From contig JAZQGJ010000069.1 in assembly GCA_045539995.1 (NCBI GenBank), positions 1 to 56,236 on the forward strand: a stretch of 56,236 nt of DNA, given 5' to 3'. The notes under the pieces are model-generated. The model saw only the letters and a list, made by a program, of their open reading frames with translations, ran no database searches and was not told the origin of the DNA. Below, one piece after another: positions 16,469-27,348 of the stretch. This stretch comes from Eubacteriales bacterium. GTDB lineage: Bacteria > Bacillota > Clostridia > Oscillospirales > CAG-272. A program made the translations under genes and the position numbers. Every line of letters begins with the position of its first letter. Position 1 is the first letter of the stretch.

Positions 16469-17392
16469 TCATTTTCCGACACCGTCCTTTATATCGTAGG
16501 GTGTTGTCTGATATACGTAATAATTGAGCCAGTTCGAATATAAGAGGTTTGCGTGAGAGCGCCAGCTTACAATCGGGGGCTTCGTATCGTCATTGTCGGG
16601 GTAATAGTTTTCGGGGGGAAGTATCGGAAGGTTCAGATTTTTATCTCGCAGATACTCCTTTTCAAGAGTACGGGGGTCATATTCGGGGTGTCCTGTGATA
16701 AACACTCTGCGATTTTCCTCGTCCTCCACAGCGAAAACGCCCGCCTTTTCAGAGGAAGCTAAAATTTTAAGGCTCGGAATTTTTTCTATATCCTCTCGCA
16801 AGACCTCCGTATGTCTCGAATGAGGAATCATAAACACGTCGTCAAAGCCTCGAAACAGTCTCGACTCGCCATGCTCGACGGTGTGAGGAAATACTCCGAA
16901 AAGCTTCTCATTCAGCAAATACTTATCCACGCCGTAGAAATAATGAAGTCCTGCCTGAGCGCCCCAGCAAACGAAGAACGTGCTGAAGACGTGAGTCTTA
17001 CTCCACTCCATAATTCTGCAAAGCTCTTCCCAATATTCTACCTCTTCAAACTCCATTTTTTCAACGGGCGCGCCCGTTATGATCAGTCCGTCGAAATATT
17101 CCTTTTCTATGCTTTCAAAGTCAACGTAGAAGTTCAGAAGATGCTCTTGCGAGACGTTCTTCGACTTATGCGTTTTCGTATGCAGCAGAGTAAGCTCTAT
17201 CTGAAGCGGCGTGTTTCCCAAAAGCCTCGAAAACTGCGTCTCTGTGTCTATCTTTGTCGGCATAAGGTTGAGAAGCGCTATTTTAAGAGGTCGTATGTCC
17301 TGCGTTATAGCGCGCAGCTCTGTCATAACGAAGATGTTCTCCGACTCCAGAACCTTTACGGCAGGCAGGTCATTCGGTATTTTTATCGGCAT
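16469..17392 (-). CDS. metA: homoserine O-acyltransferase (MetA family)
   Basis: 307 aa. MPIKIP...[11 protein letters not shown]-terminus and the FFVCWGAQA region containing the active-site cysteine are typical of MetA. Confidence 0.9.
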   Translation of the reverse strand: MPIKIPNDLPAVKVLESENIFVMTELRAITQDIRPLKIALLNLMPTKIDTETQFSRLLGNTPLQIELTLLHTKTHKSKNVSQEHLLNFYVDFESIEKEYFDGLIITGAPVEKMEFEEVEYWEELCRIMEWSKTHVFSTFFVCWGAQAGLHYFYGVDKYLLNEKLFGVFPHTVEHGESRLFRGFDDVFMIPHSRHTEVLREDIEKIPSLKILASSEKAGVFAVEDEENRRVFITGHPEYDPRTLEKEYLRDKNLNLPILPPENYYPDNDDTKPPIVSWRSHANLLYSNWLNYYVYQTTPYDIKDGVGK

Positions 17393-17412
17393 AAATTTAC
17401 TCTCTTTCTAAA

Positions 17413-18696
17413 TCAGTTAAGCGTCGAAAGCGCAGCGTCAAGGTCGGCTATAAGGTCCTCTGCCGCCTCCAGACCGCAGGAATAACGGATAAGGTCGGGG
17501 GTAATTCCCGCAGCCTCCAGCTCCTTGTCATTCATCTGTCTGTGCGTTGCGTTCGCGGGGTGCAGGCAGCAGCTTCTCGCGTCTGCCACGTGCGTTTCTA
17601 TAGCGGCTATTTTCAGCTCCTTCATTACGCGCTCAGCAGCGGCGCGTCCGCCCTCAACGGCGAAGCTGATAACTCCGCAGCAGCCGTTCGGCATATACTT
17701 ATTCGCTATATCGTAGTATTTATCCCCCTCAAGCATAGGGTATCTTACCCATTTTATCTTGGGGTGCTTTGATAAGAACTTAGCTACCGCCAAGGCATTT
17801 TCAAAGTGGCGCTTCATTCTCACGTGAAGGCTCTCAAGTCCTAAATTGAGTATAAAGGCGCTCTGAGGCGAGGGAGACGAGCCGAAGTCACGCATAAGCT
17901 GAGCCGTCGCCTTGGTAATAAACGCGCCCTCAAGTCCGAACTTTTCGGCGTAAACTATTCCGTGATAGCTATCGTCGGGGGTGGTAAGACCTGGGAAACG
18001 CTCGGCATTAGCAAGCCAGTCGAATTTTCCCGAATCAACGATACAGCCACCGACACAAGCGCCGTGTCCGTCCATATATTTCGTAGTCGAATGAGTAACT
18101 ATATCCGCGCCGAATTCAAAGGGACGGCAGAATATAGGGGTTGCAAAGGTATTATCAATTATTAAGGGCACTCCGTGAGCGTGAGCCGCGGAAGCAAAGG
18201 TCTCGATGTCTAATACGTCGAGCGACGGATTGGATATAGTCTCTCCGAATACCGCCTTTGTGTTGGGACGGAACGCCTTTTCAAGCTCTTCCTTTGTAGC
18301 CGTCGGGGAAACGAAGGTGAAGTCTATGCCCATCTTCTTCATCGTGACTGCAAAAAGATTGTAGGTTCCTCCGTAAATAGCAGACGATGCTATCACGTGG
18401 TCTCCGCAATTAGCTATATTGAATACTGCGTAGAAGTTGGCCGCCTGTCCCGACGAGGTCAGCATAGCGGCGCAGCCGCCCTCAAGCAAGGCTATTTTAG
18501 CTGCGACGGTGTCGCAGGTGGGGTTCTGCAGACGGGAATAAAAATATCCGCTCGCCTCCAAATCAAAGAGCTTTCCCATATCCTCGCTAGTTTCATATCT
18601 GAAGGTCGTGCTTTGAATTATCGGTATCTGTCTCGGCTCTCCGTTGCCTGCGTGATAACCGCCCTGTACGCATACTGTATCTCTTAACATATCCAT
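17413..18696 (-). CDS. metY: O-acetylhomoserine sulfhydrylase (Cys/Met-metabolism PLP enzyme)
   Basis: 427 aa. The HSTTKYMDGHG PLP-lysine motif and overall MetY/CysD pattern. It lies 20 bp upstream of metA. Confidence 0.88.
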   Translation of the reverse strand: MDMLRDTVCVQGGYHAGNGEPRQIPIIQSTTFRYETSEDMGKLFDLEASGYFYSRLQNPTCDTVAAKIALLEGGCAAMLTSSGQAANFYAVFNIANCGDHVIASSAIYGGTYNLFAVTMKKMGIDFTFVSPTATKEELEKAFRPNTKAVFGETISNPSLDVLDIETFASAAHAHGVPLIIDNTFATPIFCRPFEFGADIVTHSTTKYMDGHGACVGGCIVDSGKFDWLANAERFPGLTTPDDSYHGIVYAEKFGLEGAFITKATAQLMRDFGSSPSPQSAFILNLGLESLHVRMKRHFENALAVAKFLSKHPKIKWVRYPMLEGDKYYDIANKYMPNGCCGVISFAVEGGRAAAERVMKELKIAAIETHVADARSCCLHPANATHRQMNDKELEAAGITPDLIRYSCGLEAAEDLIADLDAALSTLN

Positions 18697-18713
18697 ATTA
18701 TAACTCCCTTTTC

Positions 18714-19562
18714 CTATCTTATTCCGTGAAGCGCCGCGCCTATTACCGTCGCGTACTGCGCGTTTTCGGGTATCATAAAGTTTACGTCAAAATTGTCGTT
18801 CATACCGATAAGCCTGTCGTGTATCGGCATAACCGTGGCCAAATTTCCCGTAAGAACTATATCCTTTATGTTAAAGCTTCTTGCCGCAAAGATTGCCATC
18901 ATACCTATAGTCTCGGCTACAAGGTTGGCAATACCAAGCGCGATGTCGTGCTTGTTCGCAAGGTCGGAAAGCTTTCCGAAGTTTGATGCGGTGAGAGTAG
19001 AATCAACTCCTCCGTACTGCTGCTTGTCGGTTATGTCCTGAATTCTTAAGTCTATGTTCGCAAGGTCGCCCGACTCGCAAAGCTGCTCTATGTGCTCTAT
19101 ATTGTCAACTCCGAGAATCTTTCTTGTAAGGCCTATGAGCGTGCCGCCGCCGACTCCCGTACCGCCGAGGTATTCGTTACATATTTCGTCTCCCTCTTTT
19201 TTCGCGTGTACGATAGCCGTGCCTGTTCCCATACTCACGACGATAGCCTCGTCGAGACCTGAAAGGTAGAGTCCTCCGCGTCCTATGCAGTCGAATTCAC
19301 TCGCTCTGTGCAGCTCTACCGTATAGATAGGCTTTTCTATAACCGAAGCTCCCGCGCCCGTTATCATAGCTCGGTCTATTTCTTCAAGCGCAATACCGTT
19401 TTCCATAGTAAAGCGCCCGAATGCGCCGTACGCCGAGGTCAGCGGGTCTGTGGCGCGTACGAACTGGGGCTCTATCAAGCGTGGCTTTTCTCTCTTTTCG
19501 TACTCAAAGCCGACTATTTTCGTCGTAGTTCCGCCTACGTCGATTCCTATTACTGTTTTCAT
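18714..19562 (-). CDS. coaW: type II pantothenate kinase (CoaW-like, ASKHA fold)
   Basis: 282 aa. GIDVGGTTTKIV, SMGTGTA, GGTGVGGGTLIGL, NIDLRIQDI, LTASNFG and a C-terminal ENAQYATVIGAA block are colinear with staphylococcal-type CoaW as I recall it. Confidence 0.65.
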   Translation of the reverse strand: MKTVIGIDVGGTTTKIVGFEYEKREKPRLIEPQFVRATDPLTSAYGAFGRFTMENGIALEEIDRAMITGAGASVIEKPIYTVELHRASEFDCIGRGGLYLSGLDEAIVVSMGTGTAIVHAKKEGDEICNEYLGGTGVGGGTLIGLTRKILGVDNIEHIEQLCESGDLANIDLRIQDITDKQQYGGVDSTLTASNFGKLSDLANKHDIALGIANLVAETIGMMAIFAARSFNIKDIVLTGNLATVMPIHDRLIGMNDNFDVNFMIPENAQYATVIGAALHGIR

Positions 19563-19588
19563 TTTTCTCCAATCCTATATAAAGAAAA

Positions 19589-20902
19589 TTACTCGTCCTG
19601 CGCCGATATATCCTCAAAAGTCTGCCGTCTTACCGCGACGTAGTCTCCGTCGCTCGATAGCATAACCAACGCAGGCTTGCCTATTCTGTTATAATTAGAT
19701 GCCATTGAATAATGATACGCGCCCGTCGTAAGAGTGGCTATTAAATCGCCTCTCTTGATGCTCGACGGAAGCATTACGTTCTCCTGAATTATGTCTCCGC
19801 TTTCACAGCATCTGCCAACGACAGACGCCTGCATATCCCGTTTTTCGTTCATTTTAGAGGACGGCAAAACGGTATAAGGCGCTCCATAGAGGGCGAATCT
19901 TATATTATCGGTCATGCCTCCGTCAACAGAGACGTAATTTTTATATTCGGGTATTCTCTTTACAGTACCTACCGTATAAAGCGTCAGTCCTGCGTCGGCA
20001 ACAATGCTTCGTCCGGGCTCGAGAGATATAAGAGGAAGCTCTATTCCGAGCCTTGCCGCCTCTTTTTTCATAAAGTCGCCGAGCGTCAAAATACTGCTGT
20101 AGATATCTATTTTCGGCTGCTCGGACACGTATCGCACGCCGTATCCGCCGCCTATGTCAAGCTCTTCGGGGAAAAAGCCGAGAGACTTGCCAATATCCGA
20201 AATGAATTTCAGCATAACACGCGCCGTCGCAATATACACGTCCGACTCGAAAACCTGAGAGCCCACGTGGCAGTGATAGCCGCAGAGCTTTATATTTTTA
20301 AGCGAAAGGGCTGTTTTCGTTATCGCTTCAGCCTGTCCCGTCTCTATCGCCGAGCCGAATTTGGAATCCACCTTTCCCGTTGCTATAGCCGCATAGGTGT
20401 GAGGGTCTATTCCGGGGGTAATTCTCAAAAGCACCTTTTGTATGTGGCTTTTCTCGGACGCAATTCGGTCTATGGCGAAAAGCTCTTCCTCGTTGTCGAC
20501 CACGAAGTAGCCGACACCGCAATCTATCGCGTAATAAATGTCCTCGTCGGTCTTGTTGTTTGAGTGAAAATAGGACTTCTCCATAGGAAAATTCGCCTTC
20601 AGAGCAGTATATATCTCACCGCTTGAAACAACGTCGATTCCCATCCCTTCCTCGCGCATTATCTCGTAAAGGCGCTTAAAGGATGCCGCCTTTGATGCGT
20701 AGAGCGCCTGACCCTTCTCGCCGAAAGCGTCGAAGAGCGCCTTTTTATAGGTGCGGCAACGCTCGCGAATGCGACATTCGTCCATAAGATAGAGGGGCGT
20801 CTTGTATTTTTTTGCGAGAGAAACTGTATCATATCCCGCAAATAAAAGCACGCCGTCGGACGATACCGACAAGTTTTCACAAAGTAGGTCCCTGTTTTCC
20901 AT
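19589..20902 (-). CDS. lysA: diaminopimelate decarboxylase
   Basis: 437 aa. Orn/DAP/Arg decarboxylase fold-III pattern (YASKA PLP lysine region, HCHVGSQ, GGGYG, EPGRSIVA, CESGD). Confidence 0.9.
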   Translation of the reverse strand: MENRDLLCENLSVSSDGVLLFAGYDTVSLAKKYKTPLYLMDECRIRERCRTYKKALFDAFGEKGQALYASKAASFKRLYEIMREEGMGIDVVSSGEIYTALKANFPMEKSYFHSNNKTDEDIYYAIDCGVGYFVVDNEEELFAIDRIASEKSHIQKVLLRITPGIDPHTYAAIATGKVDSKFGSAIETGQAEAITKTALSLKNIKLCGYHCHVGSQVFESDVYIATARVMLKFISDIGKSLGFFPEELDIGGGYGVRYVSEQPKIDIYSSILTLGDFMKKEAARLGIELPLISLEPGRSIVADAGLTLYTVGTVKRIPEYKNYVSVDGGMTDNIRFALYGAPYTVLPSSKMNEKRDMQASVVGRCCESGDIIQENVMLPSSIKRGDLIATLTTGAYHYSMASNYNRIGKPALVMLSSDGDYVAVRRQTFEDISAQDE

Positions 20903-20941
20903 TTTTATCTTCCTGTTCTTTTTTTAGAGCGTATTCCTTTT

Positions 20942-21916
20942 TCAGAGCATATGCGCGCGCAGCTCTTCTGCCGTGAGAGTCGAAAGGTCTGCGGGCGCGA
21001 CGTCAAAGACCGTCTTACAGCCGCGAACGCCTCTTTTATACATTCTGTCGAGCGCGCGAGCGAAGGCTACTAACACGCTCGCCGTAAATTCGGGGTTTGA
21101 GTCCAATTTCAAGCTATATTCTATTACGTGACTGTTTTCTCCGTTTATCCCCGTTTTTCCGCTTCTTATAACTCTTCCGCCGTGCGGAATTCCCATATGA
21201 GTGCGCTTTAATTCTTCTTCACTTATAAAATTGACCGTCGTGTCGTAGTCGGCGAAATAATTGGGCATCGTCTTGATTTCTTTTTCAATTCTCGCAAGGT
21301 CTGCCCCATCCTCTGCTACCACGTAGCACTCTCGCGTGTGCTTCTCTCTCGTGCAAAGCTCGGGCATTTCCCCGTTTCTTACTGCCGAAACTGCGCGTTC
21401 AACAGGAACGGTGTACTGTCTTGCGTCGATAACTCCTTCAATTCTGCGAATGGCGTCGGAGTGTCCCTGACTTACGCCCCTGCCCCAGAAGGTATAATCC
21501 TTTCCATTCGGAAGAATGGCAGAGGAATAGAGACGGGCGATAGAAAACATACCGGGGTCCCAGCCACCTGAAATGAGCGCGATATGGTCTGTGTCAAGCG
21601 CGCTTTCATTCACTCTGTCGAAATGCGCAGGGATCGACGCGTGGGTATCGAAGCTGTCTAAAACGTTGAAATTCCTTGCAAGCGCAGGCGTCATTTCGGG
21701 CAGGTCGGTAGCGCTTCCCGCGCAGATTATAAGAACGTCTATTTTGTCACTAAAGCTGTCAAGCTCCGACACCGAATAGACGGGCGCGCCCAAGCTCTTT
21801 ACCTTTTCGGGCGCTCTGCGCGAAAATATTCCGACAAGCTCGACGTCCTCTGAGTCTCTTGCGGCGCATTCGACGCCTCTTCCTAAATTTCCGTATCCGT
21901 AAATTGCTATTCTCAT
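20942..21916 (-). CDS. ddh: meso-diaminopimelate D-dehydrogenase
   Basis: 324 aa. N-terminal Rossmann motif IAIYGYGNLGRG, plus WDPGMFS and GVSQGHSDA blocks typical of Ddh. Confidence 0.85.
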   Translation of the reverse strand: MRIAIYGYGNLGRGVECAARDSEDVELVGIFSRRAPEKVKSLGAPVYSVSELDSFSDKIDVLIICAGSATDLPEMTPALARNFNVLDSFDTHASIPAHFDRVNESALDTDHIALISGGWDPGMFSIARLYSSAILPNGKDYTFWGRGVSQGHSDAIRRIEGVIDARQYTVPVERAVSAVRNGEMPELCTREKHTRECYVVAEDGADLARIEKEIKTMPNYFADYDTTVNFISEEELKRTHMGIPHGGRVIRSGKTGINGENSHVIEYSLKLDSNPEFTASVLVAFARALDRMYKRGVRGCKTVFDVAPADLSTLTAEELRAHML

Positions 21917-21937
21917 TTTTTATGCCTTTTATATTTT

Positions 21938-22681
21938 TTATTTAAGCAGGTCCTTCATATCGTAGAGTCCTGCGCTCTTATTGCAGAGGAACTCAGCCGC
22001 GACAAGCGCGCCTTCGGCAAAAATGGCTCTGCTGTGCGCCTCGTGCTTAAGTGAGATCGTCTGCGTATTGGTCGCCACGATGACCTCGTGCTCGCCGACG
22101 ACGTTGCCCATACGGAGAGAATGAATCCCTATCTCGTTCTGCTCTCTCTTCGCGTGTCCGCTTCTGCCGTTTTTGGCGTAAGACTCGGGTCTCGCTTCCT
22201 TTATAGCGTCAAAAAGCATTTTCGCCGTTCCGCTCGGGGCGTCCAATTTTCTGTTATGATGCTTCTCTATAATCTCTATTTCTGCGTCAGGCATTGCCTC
22301 GGCAGTCTTTTTCGCAAGCTCGACTAACAGCGCAACGCCATATGACATATTAGCCGAAAAGAAGATAGGAATCTCCTTTGACGCTGCTTTTATCGCCTCA
22401 CGCTCGCCCTCAGTCTGTCCCGTTGTAGCGATGACTAAGGGCAGCTTTGCGCTTTTTGCAAAGTCAAGCAGCTCATTTGTGCAGACGTGATTTGAAAAGT
22501 CAACGATGCAGTCAACGCGTTTTTCAGCCGAAGCGAAATCGGACGCGCAGGGGCACTCAAGGCCCTCCCTTGCGTTAACGTCAACGCCCGCCTTTATCTC
22601 TATTCCTCTGAAACCGTTTTTTGTCAATGCGCGGACCTCTTTACCCATATGTCCGTCAAAGCCGCATAACAATATCTCCAT
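21938..22681 (-). CDS. dapB: 4-hydroxy-tetrahydrodipicolinate reductase
   Basis: 247 aa. The E(I/K)HHNRKLDAPSGTA signature is present. Confidence 0.9.
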   Translation of the reverse strand: MEILLCGFDGHMGKEVRALTKNGFRGIEIKAGVDVNAREGLECPCASDFASAEKRVDCIVDFSNHVCTNELLDFAKSAKLPLVIATTGQTEGEREAIKAASKEIPIFFSANMSYGVALLVELAKKTAEAMPDAEIEIIEKHHNRKLDAPSGTAKMLFDAIKEARPESYAKNGRSGHAKREQNEIGIHSLRMGNVVGEHEVIVATNTQTISLKHEAHSRAIFAEGALVAAEFLCNKSAGLYDMKDLLK

Positions 22682-22709
22682 TTTTACAATTCCCTTTTCT
22701 TTTCACAAA

Positions 22710-23603
22710 TTACTTGTTTATTTTTACTCCGGCCTTTTCCATAAGAGAAAGAAGCATCTTCTCGTTTGCTTCTTCCATAGGTGTAAGAGGAAGTCTCAAA
22801 TAGTTCTCGCAATATCCCATAGCAGCGACAGCCGCCTTTACGGGAATCGGGTTTACCTCGCAGAAGAGCGCGTTTATAAGGGGAAGAAGCTCTAACTGCA
22901 ATTTAGCCGAGCCCTTTACGTCTCCAGAGAAGAACCTGTCGCACATCTCGACGGTCTCTTTAGGCAAAACGTTTGAGAGCACCGAAATTACGCCCTTTCC
23001 ACCGAGAGCAAGAATAGGTACTATCTGGTCGTCATTTCCCGAATAGACGTCTAATTTATCGCCGACAAGGGAAATAAGCTCGGCTATCTGCGAAATGCTT
23101 CCGCACGCCTCCTTTATCGCCACTATATTCGGGTGGTCGGCAAGCTCGAGAACTGTAGAGGGCAAAAGATTGCAGCCCGTTCTGCTCGGTACGTTATAGA
23201 GAACACATGGCTTCGTGCTTGCGTCAGCTATCGCGCGAAATGACGCGACAAGTCCCTTTTGCGTTGCCTTATTATAATAAGGCGTTACCAAAAGCATAGC
23301 GTCGGCGCCTACCTCACAGGCGTACTTCGTAAGGTCTATGGCGTAGGCGGTATCGTTCGAGCCTGTTCCCGCAATTACGGGTACTCTGCCCTTTACCTGC
23401 TCTACGCAGAAGCGTATAGCCTCCTTATGCTCCTCGTCCGTAAGAGTCGAGCCCTCGCCCGTTGTACCGACGGCAACAATGGCGTTAACTCCCTCGCTTA
23501 TTTGCCATTCTATGAGACGGGCAAACTGCTCGTAATCTATACCATCAGCGGTAAGCGGCGTAACTATAGCCGTCGCTACCCCCGTAAATACTGAATTTTT
23601 CAT
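22710..23603 (-). CDS. dapA: 4-hydroxy-tetrahydrodipicolinate synthase
   Basis: 297 aa. GTTGEGSTL, YNVPSRTG and IVAIKEA (Schiff-base lysine) motifs. Confidence 0.92.
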   Translation of the reverse strand: MKNSVFTGVATAIVTPLTADGIDYEQFARLIEWQISEGVNAIVAVGTTGEGSTLTDEEHKEAIRFCVEQVKGRVPVIAGTGSNDTAYAIDLTKYACEVGADAMLLVTPYYNKATQKGLVASFRAIADASTKPCVLYNVPSRTGCNLLPSTVLELADHPNIVAIKEACGSISQIAELISLVGDKLDVYSGNDDQIVPILALGGKGVISVLSNVLPKETVEMCDRFFSGDVKGSAKLQLELLPLINALFCEVNPIPVKAAVAAMGYCENYLRLPLTPMEEANEKMLLSLMEKAGVKINK

Positions 23604-23663
23604 TTTTATTCTCCTGACTTTTCTTTGCCTTTAAAAAGATTGGTTTTATCTTTACAAATCGCC

Positions 23664-24977
23664 TTATTTTACAAACTCGTCGTAAATTGCGTTTATTGCC
23701 GCGATATAATCGTTTTCATCTATACCGACGATTATATTAAGCTCGCACGAGCCCTGATCTATCATACGGATATTTATGTCGGCGTCGGAAAGCGACTTGA
23801 AGATACGCATAGCCGTACCCTTCGTCTTTACCATTCCGCGTCCTACGACGGCGATAAGAGCTAAATTGTCCTCGACGAAAATGTTGTCGGGATTTACAGC
23901 CTTGCATATTCCCGCCAGAATGTCGGCGCGGCAACGGTCAAGCTCCTTCGTCGAGAGGACCAGACTCATAGTATCAATGCCCGACGGAAAATGCTCGTAT
24001 GAGATATTGAGCGATTCTATTACCTGAAGCACGCGGCGTCCGAAGCCAAGCTCAGCGTTCATCATAGCCTTTTCAATCGTAATGGTGGAAAAGCCTACCT
24101 TGCCCGCAATACCCGTAATGACGTTCTCGCTTACCTTGTCGGTCATAGGAACTATAAAGGTTCCCTTGTCCTCGGGCTTGTTTGTGTTTCTTATATTTAT
24201 CGGAATTTTCGAGCATCTTACGGGGAATATTGCGTCCTCGTGCAATACCGTCGCTCCCATATAGGAAAGCTCTCGAAGCTCTTTATAGGTAATCGTATCT
24301 ATAGGCTGAGGATTCTCTACGCAACGGGGGTCAGCCATAAGGAAGCCCGAAACGTCGGTCCAGTTTTCATAGAGTGATGCATTCGCCGCCCTTGCAACGA
24401 TAGAGCCCGTAATATCGGAGCCGCCTCGTGAGAAGGTCTTTATCGTACCGTTGGGCATCGAGCCGTAGAAGCCGGGAATTACCGCGTAGGGATGCTTCGA
24501 CAGAGCGTCGTGAAGCACGGTATTCGTCTTGTCTGCGTCAAGAGTTCCGTCGTCCTTGAAGAAGATGACCTTCTTCGCGTCTATAAAATCAAAGCCGAGA
24601 TATGCGGCAAGAATTTTCGCGTTCAGATATTCACCTCTTGAAGCGACGTAATCGCGTCCTGAGTTATTCAAAACGGCGAGTCTTATTTTTTCAAAGGTCT
24701 CGTTTAAGTTTATGTCAATGTTAAGCTCGTTTACGATATAGGTATATCTTGAGCAGATCTCGTCAAAGACCTCGCTTATGTCCTTCTCCTCTACCGCAAG
24801 CTCATAGCATTTATAGAGAAGGTCGGTAATCTTATTGTTGCTCGTTTTGCATTTACCGGGAGCCGACGCAACCACGTATCTCCTCTCAGGCTCGCTCTTT
24901 ACTATATCGCGTACCTTGATAAAATGCTCGGGATCGGCAAGAGAGCTGCCGCCAAATTTCAATACTTTAACACTCAT
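23664..24977 (-). CDS. lysC: aspartate kinase (monofunctional, C-terminal ACT domains)
   Basis: 437 aa. KFGGSSL N-terminus, the GGSD(I)TG nucleotide motif and C-terminal ACT repeats. It is the first gene of the lys/met super-operon. Confidence 0.85.
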   Translation of the reverse strand: MSVKVLKFGGSSLADPEHFIKVRDIVKSEPERRYVVASAPGKCKTSNNKITDLLYKCYELAVEEKDISEVFDEICSRYTYIVNELNIDINLNETFEKIRLAVLNNSGRDYVASRGEYLNAKILAAYLGFDFIDAKKVIFFKDDGTLDADKTNTVLHDALSKHPYAVIPGFYGSMPNGTIKTFSRGGSDITGSIVARAANASLYENWTDVSGFLMADPRCVENPQPIDTITYKELRELSYMGATVLHEDAIFPVRCSKIPINIRNTNKPEDKGTFIVPMTDKVSENVITGIAGKVGFSTITIEKAMMNAELGFGRRVLQVIESLNISYEHFPSGIDTMSLVLSTKELDRCRADILAGICKAVNPDNIFVEDNLALIAVVGRGMVKTKGTAMRIFKSLSDADINIRMIDQGSCELNIIVGIDENDYIAAINAIYDEFVK

Positions 24978-25159
24978 TGTTATTCCTCTCCGAATAATGT
25001 ATTCTTAAAAATTTTCTTCTAAATAATCTTTAATAATATATTTTACCACAAAATATTTGTTTTTTTGAGTATTTTTTGTAATTTTTTTGAAAATCGTCAA
25101 TTTTAACAAGTATTATACTGTAATTATGTCTGTTTTGTTAATTTTAACGCTTTTTTGCA

Positions 25160-25942
25160 TCAAAAGGGGTATTCCTTGATATTTGCGCCCAAGGAGAGCA
25201 GTGTTTTTTCCGCCGTATCAAAGCCGAAGCATACATCCTTTGCGCTATGCGAGTCGCTCGACAGAATAAAAGAGCACTCCCTCTTTACCATATCCGAGAT
25301 GATATCGGAGTCGGGATAAAAGGTCTGTCTGTAGCCTCTTGAAACTGCGCCCGTATTAACTTCAAAAACGGTTTCGCTTCCCAAAGCGTCGAGGGCTTGT
25401 CGGTACGCCTCTATATAGCGCGCGTCTTTTGTGTCGGGACATGCGCCCATATCCTTGAATTTCGTTAATAGGTCGAAATGCCCTATAATATCTGCCCGTC
25501 GTTTATCCTTGAGGCGCGCGACGTAACCGAAATATGCCTCAGCATATGCAGAAAAGTCGCCGCCGAAAAGCTCATTTACGGTTTTTTGCACGTCGTCGGG
25601 GGAAAGGTCTATAGGATAAAGCTCGCCCTTATGCTCAATATAATGCACCGAGCCTATAATATAGTCTATTCTTTCGTCCTCTGTGTAGTTCTCAAAATAG
25701 TCAAGCTCGAGTCCGCAGAATATTTCTATCTCGCCCTCGTATTTCTTCTTCAGCTCGGCAAGCTCGGAGATATACCCTTCCTTTTTTTCGGGCGGGAAAT
25801 ACAAATCCGTATCTATACGGTCACTGTGCTCAGAAAAGCCTATCGACCTCACGCCCTTTTTTATCGCCGATTTTATAATATCCTCGCATTTATCCTTGCC
25901 GTCGCTGTAACGGCTGTGAATATGAAAATCACGCAAAATCAT
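25160..25942 (-). CDS. hisK: histidinol-phosphatase, PHP family
   Basis: 260 aa. The [14 protein letters not shown] motif. It is the last gene of the his operon and overlaps the hisIE stop. Confidence 0.85.
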   Translation of the reverse strand: MILRDFHIHSRYSDGKDKCEDIIKSAIKKGVRSIGFSEHSDRIDTDLYFPPEKKEGYISELAELKKKYEGEIEIFCGLELDYFENYTEDERIDYIIGSVHYIEHKGELYPIDLSPDDVQKTVNELFGGDFSAYAEAYFGYVARLKDKRRADIIGHFDLLTKFKDMGACPDTKDARYIEAYRQALDALGSETVFEVNTGAVSRGYRQTFYPDSDIISDMVKRECSFILSSDSHSAKDVCFGFDTAEKTLLSLGANIKEYPF

Positions 25943-26586
25943 TTCGTCATCTTTTCCTGCTTTACCTTATGGTCTATTACGTGACGGGAGGCGAGCTCGC
26001 GATGCACGTCCTCAAGCGAAATGCCCGCCTCTACCATAAGCACCATTACGTGATACGCAAGGTCTGCTATCTCGTAAATCGTTTCCTTTTTATCCTCTGC
26101 CTTCGCCGCGATTATAACCTCGGTGGATTCCTCGCCTATCTTTTTGAGAATTTTGTCAAGTCCCTTTTCAAATAGATAGGTGGTATAAGAGCCGTCCTTC
26201 TTCTCCTCTTTTCTGCCCTTTATAAGAGAAAGAAGCTGCTCATAGGAAAATTCACGCAGCTCTTCGCTCTCAAAAAGAGAGTGAGTAAAGCAGCTATCGG
26301 TTCCCGTATGGCAGGCGGGGCCGTCCTTTTCTACCGTAACGAGCAAAGCGTCGTTATCGCAGTCTGCGGTAATCGAGACGATATGCTGATAATTGCCGCT
26401 TGTCTCCCCTTTAAGCCACAGCTCGCCCCTCGAACGGCTATAGAAGCAAGTAAGCCCCTTTTCCATTGAAATTTCAAGGCTTTCTCTATTCATATAAGCA
26501 AGGGTAAGCACCTTTTTGTCTATTGCGTCAACAAGAATGGCGGGAATGAGCCCGCGCTCGTCAAATTTAAGTTCATCTATATTCAT
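25939..26586 (-). CDS. hisI: bifunctional phosphoribosyl-AMP cyclohydrolase / phosphoribosyl-ATP pyrophosphatase
   Basis: 215 aa. The HisI half ([18 protein letters not shown], CDxD...C zinc site) is followed by the HisE half ([11 protein letters not shown]...ADLaYH). Confidence 0.9.
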   Translation of the reverse strand: MNIDELKFDERGLIPAILVDAIDKKVLTLAYMNRESLEISMEKGLTCFYSRSRGELWLKGETSGNYQHIVSITADCDNDALLVTVEKDGPACHTGTDSCFTHSLFESEELREFSYEQLLSLIKGRKEEKKDGSYTTYLFEKGLDKILKKIGEESTEVIIAAKAEDKKETIYEIADLAYHVMVLMVEAGISLEDVHRELASRHVIDHKVKQEKMTK

Positions 26587-26589
26587 AAT

Positions 26590-27348
26590 TTATAACCTCA
26601 CCGTAATCTGATTTTTCTCTAACTCTTTTTTTAAGTCGGGAATTTTTATTTCACCGAAGTGAAAGACCGAGGCGGCAAGTCCCGCGTCTACCTTGGGAAG
26701 AGCTTTAAAAAGCTCTGTAAAATCCGCGACGCAGCCCGCGCCGCCTGAGGCGATAACGGGTACGCTTACCGTATTGCATACGGCGTCAAGCATCTCAATA
26801 TCGAAGCCCTTTTTCACTCCGTCGGTATCTATCGAATTTACGACTACCTCGCCTGCGCCCATATCCACGCAGCGCTTTATCCATTCGAGCGCGTCCATGC
26901 CCGTGTTTTCTCTGCCGCCCTTAGAAAAGACGGTAAACTTTCCGTCAACTCTCTTTATATCGGCGGAAAGAACTACGCACTGGTCTCCGTATTTTTTCGC
27001 CGCCTCTTTTACGAGAGACGGATTTTTTATAGCGCCCGAATTGACGCTTACTTTGTCAGCGCCGCATTTCAGTACTCTGTCAAAGTCGTCAAGCGTATTT
27101 ATGCCGCCGCCTACAGTCAGAGGAATGAATATCGTTTTTGCTACCTCCCGAAGAATATCGGTAAAGAGCGCTCTGCCCTCGACTGACGCCGTAATATCGT
27201 AGAAAACAAGCTCGTCGGCGCCGCACTCGCTGTAATAACGCGCAAGCTCGACGGGGGAATTTACGTCTCGCAGTCCTTCAAAATTAGTCCCCTTGACCAC
27301 GCGCCCGTCACGGACGTCAAGGCAGGGTATTATTCTTTTCGTAATCAT
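26590..27348 (-). CDS. hisF: imidazole glycerol phosphate synthase cyclase subunit
   Basis: 252 aa. KRIIPCLDV and GGGI motifs. Confidence 0.93.
   Translation of the reverse strand: MITKRIIPCLDVRDGRVVKGTNFEGLRDVNSPVELARYYSECGADELVFYDITASVEGRALFTDILREVAKTIFIPLTVGGGINTLDDFDRVLKCGADKVSVNSGAIKNPSLVKEAAKKYGDQCVVLSADIKRVDGKFTVFSKGGRENTGMDALEWIKRCVDMGAGEVVVNSIDTDGVKKGFDIEMLDAVCNTVSVPVIASGGAGCVADFTELFKALPKVDAGLAASVFHFGEIKIPDLKKELEKNQITVRL

Noticed and set aside
18697-18713. Possible SAM riboswitch or T-box before metY-metA
   Set aside because: Only 17 bp separate metY from the upstream coaW-like gene, which leaves no room for a leader.
24978-25159. Possible lysine riboswitch or attenuator upstream of lysC
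   Set aside because: The 182-bp spacer is extremely AT-rich. None of the L-box core blocks (AGAGGNGC, GCCGAAG, CTGTCA) is present, and there is no terminator hairpin.
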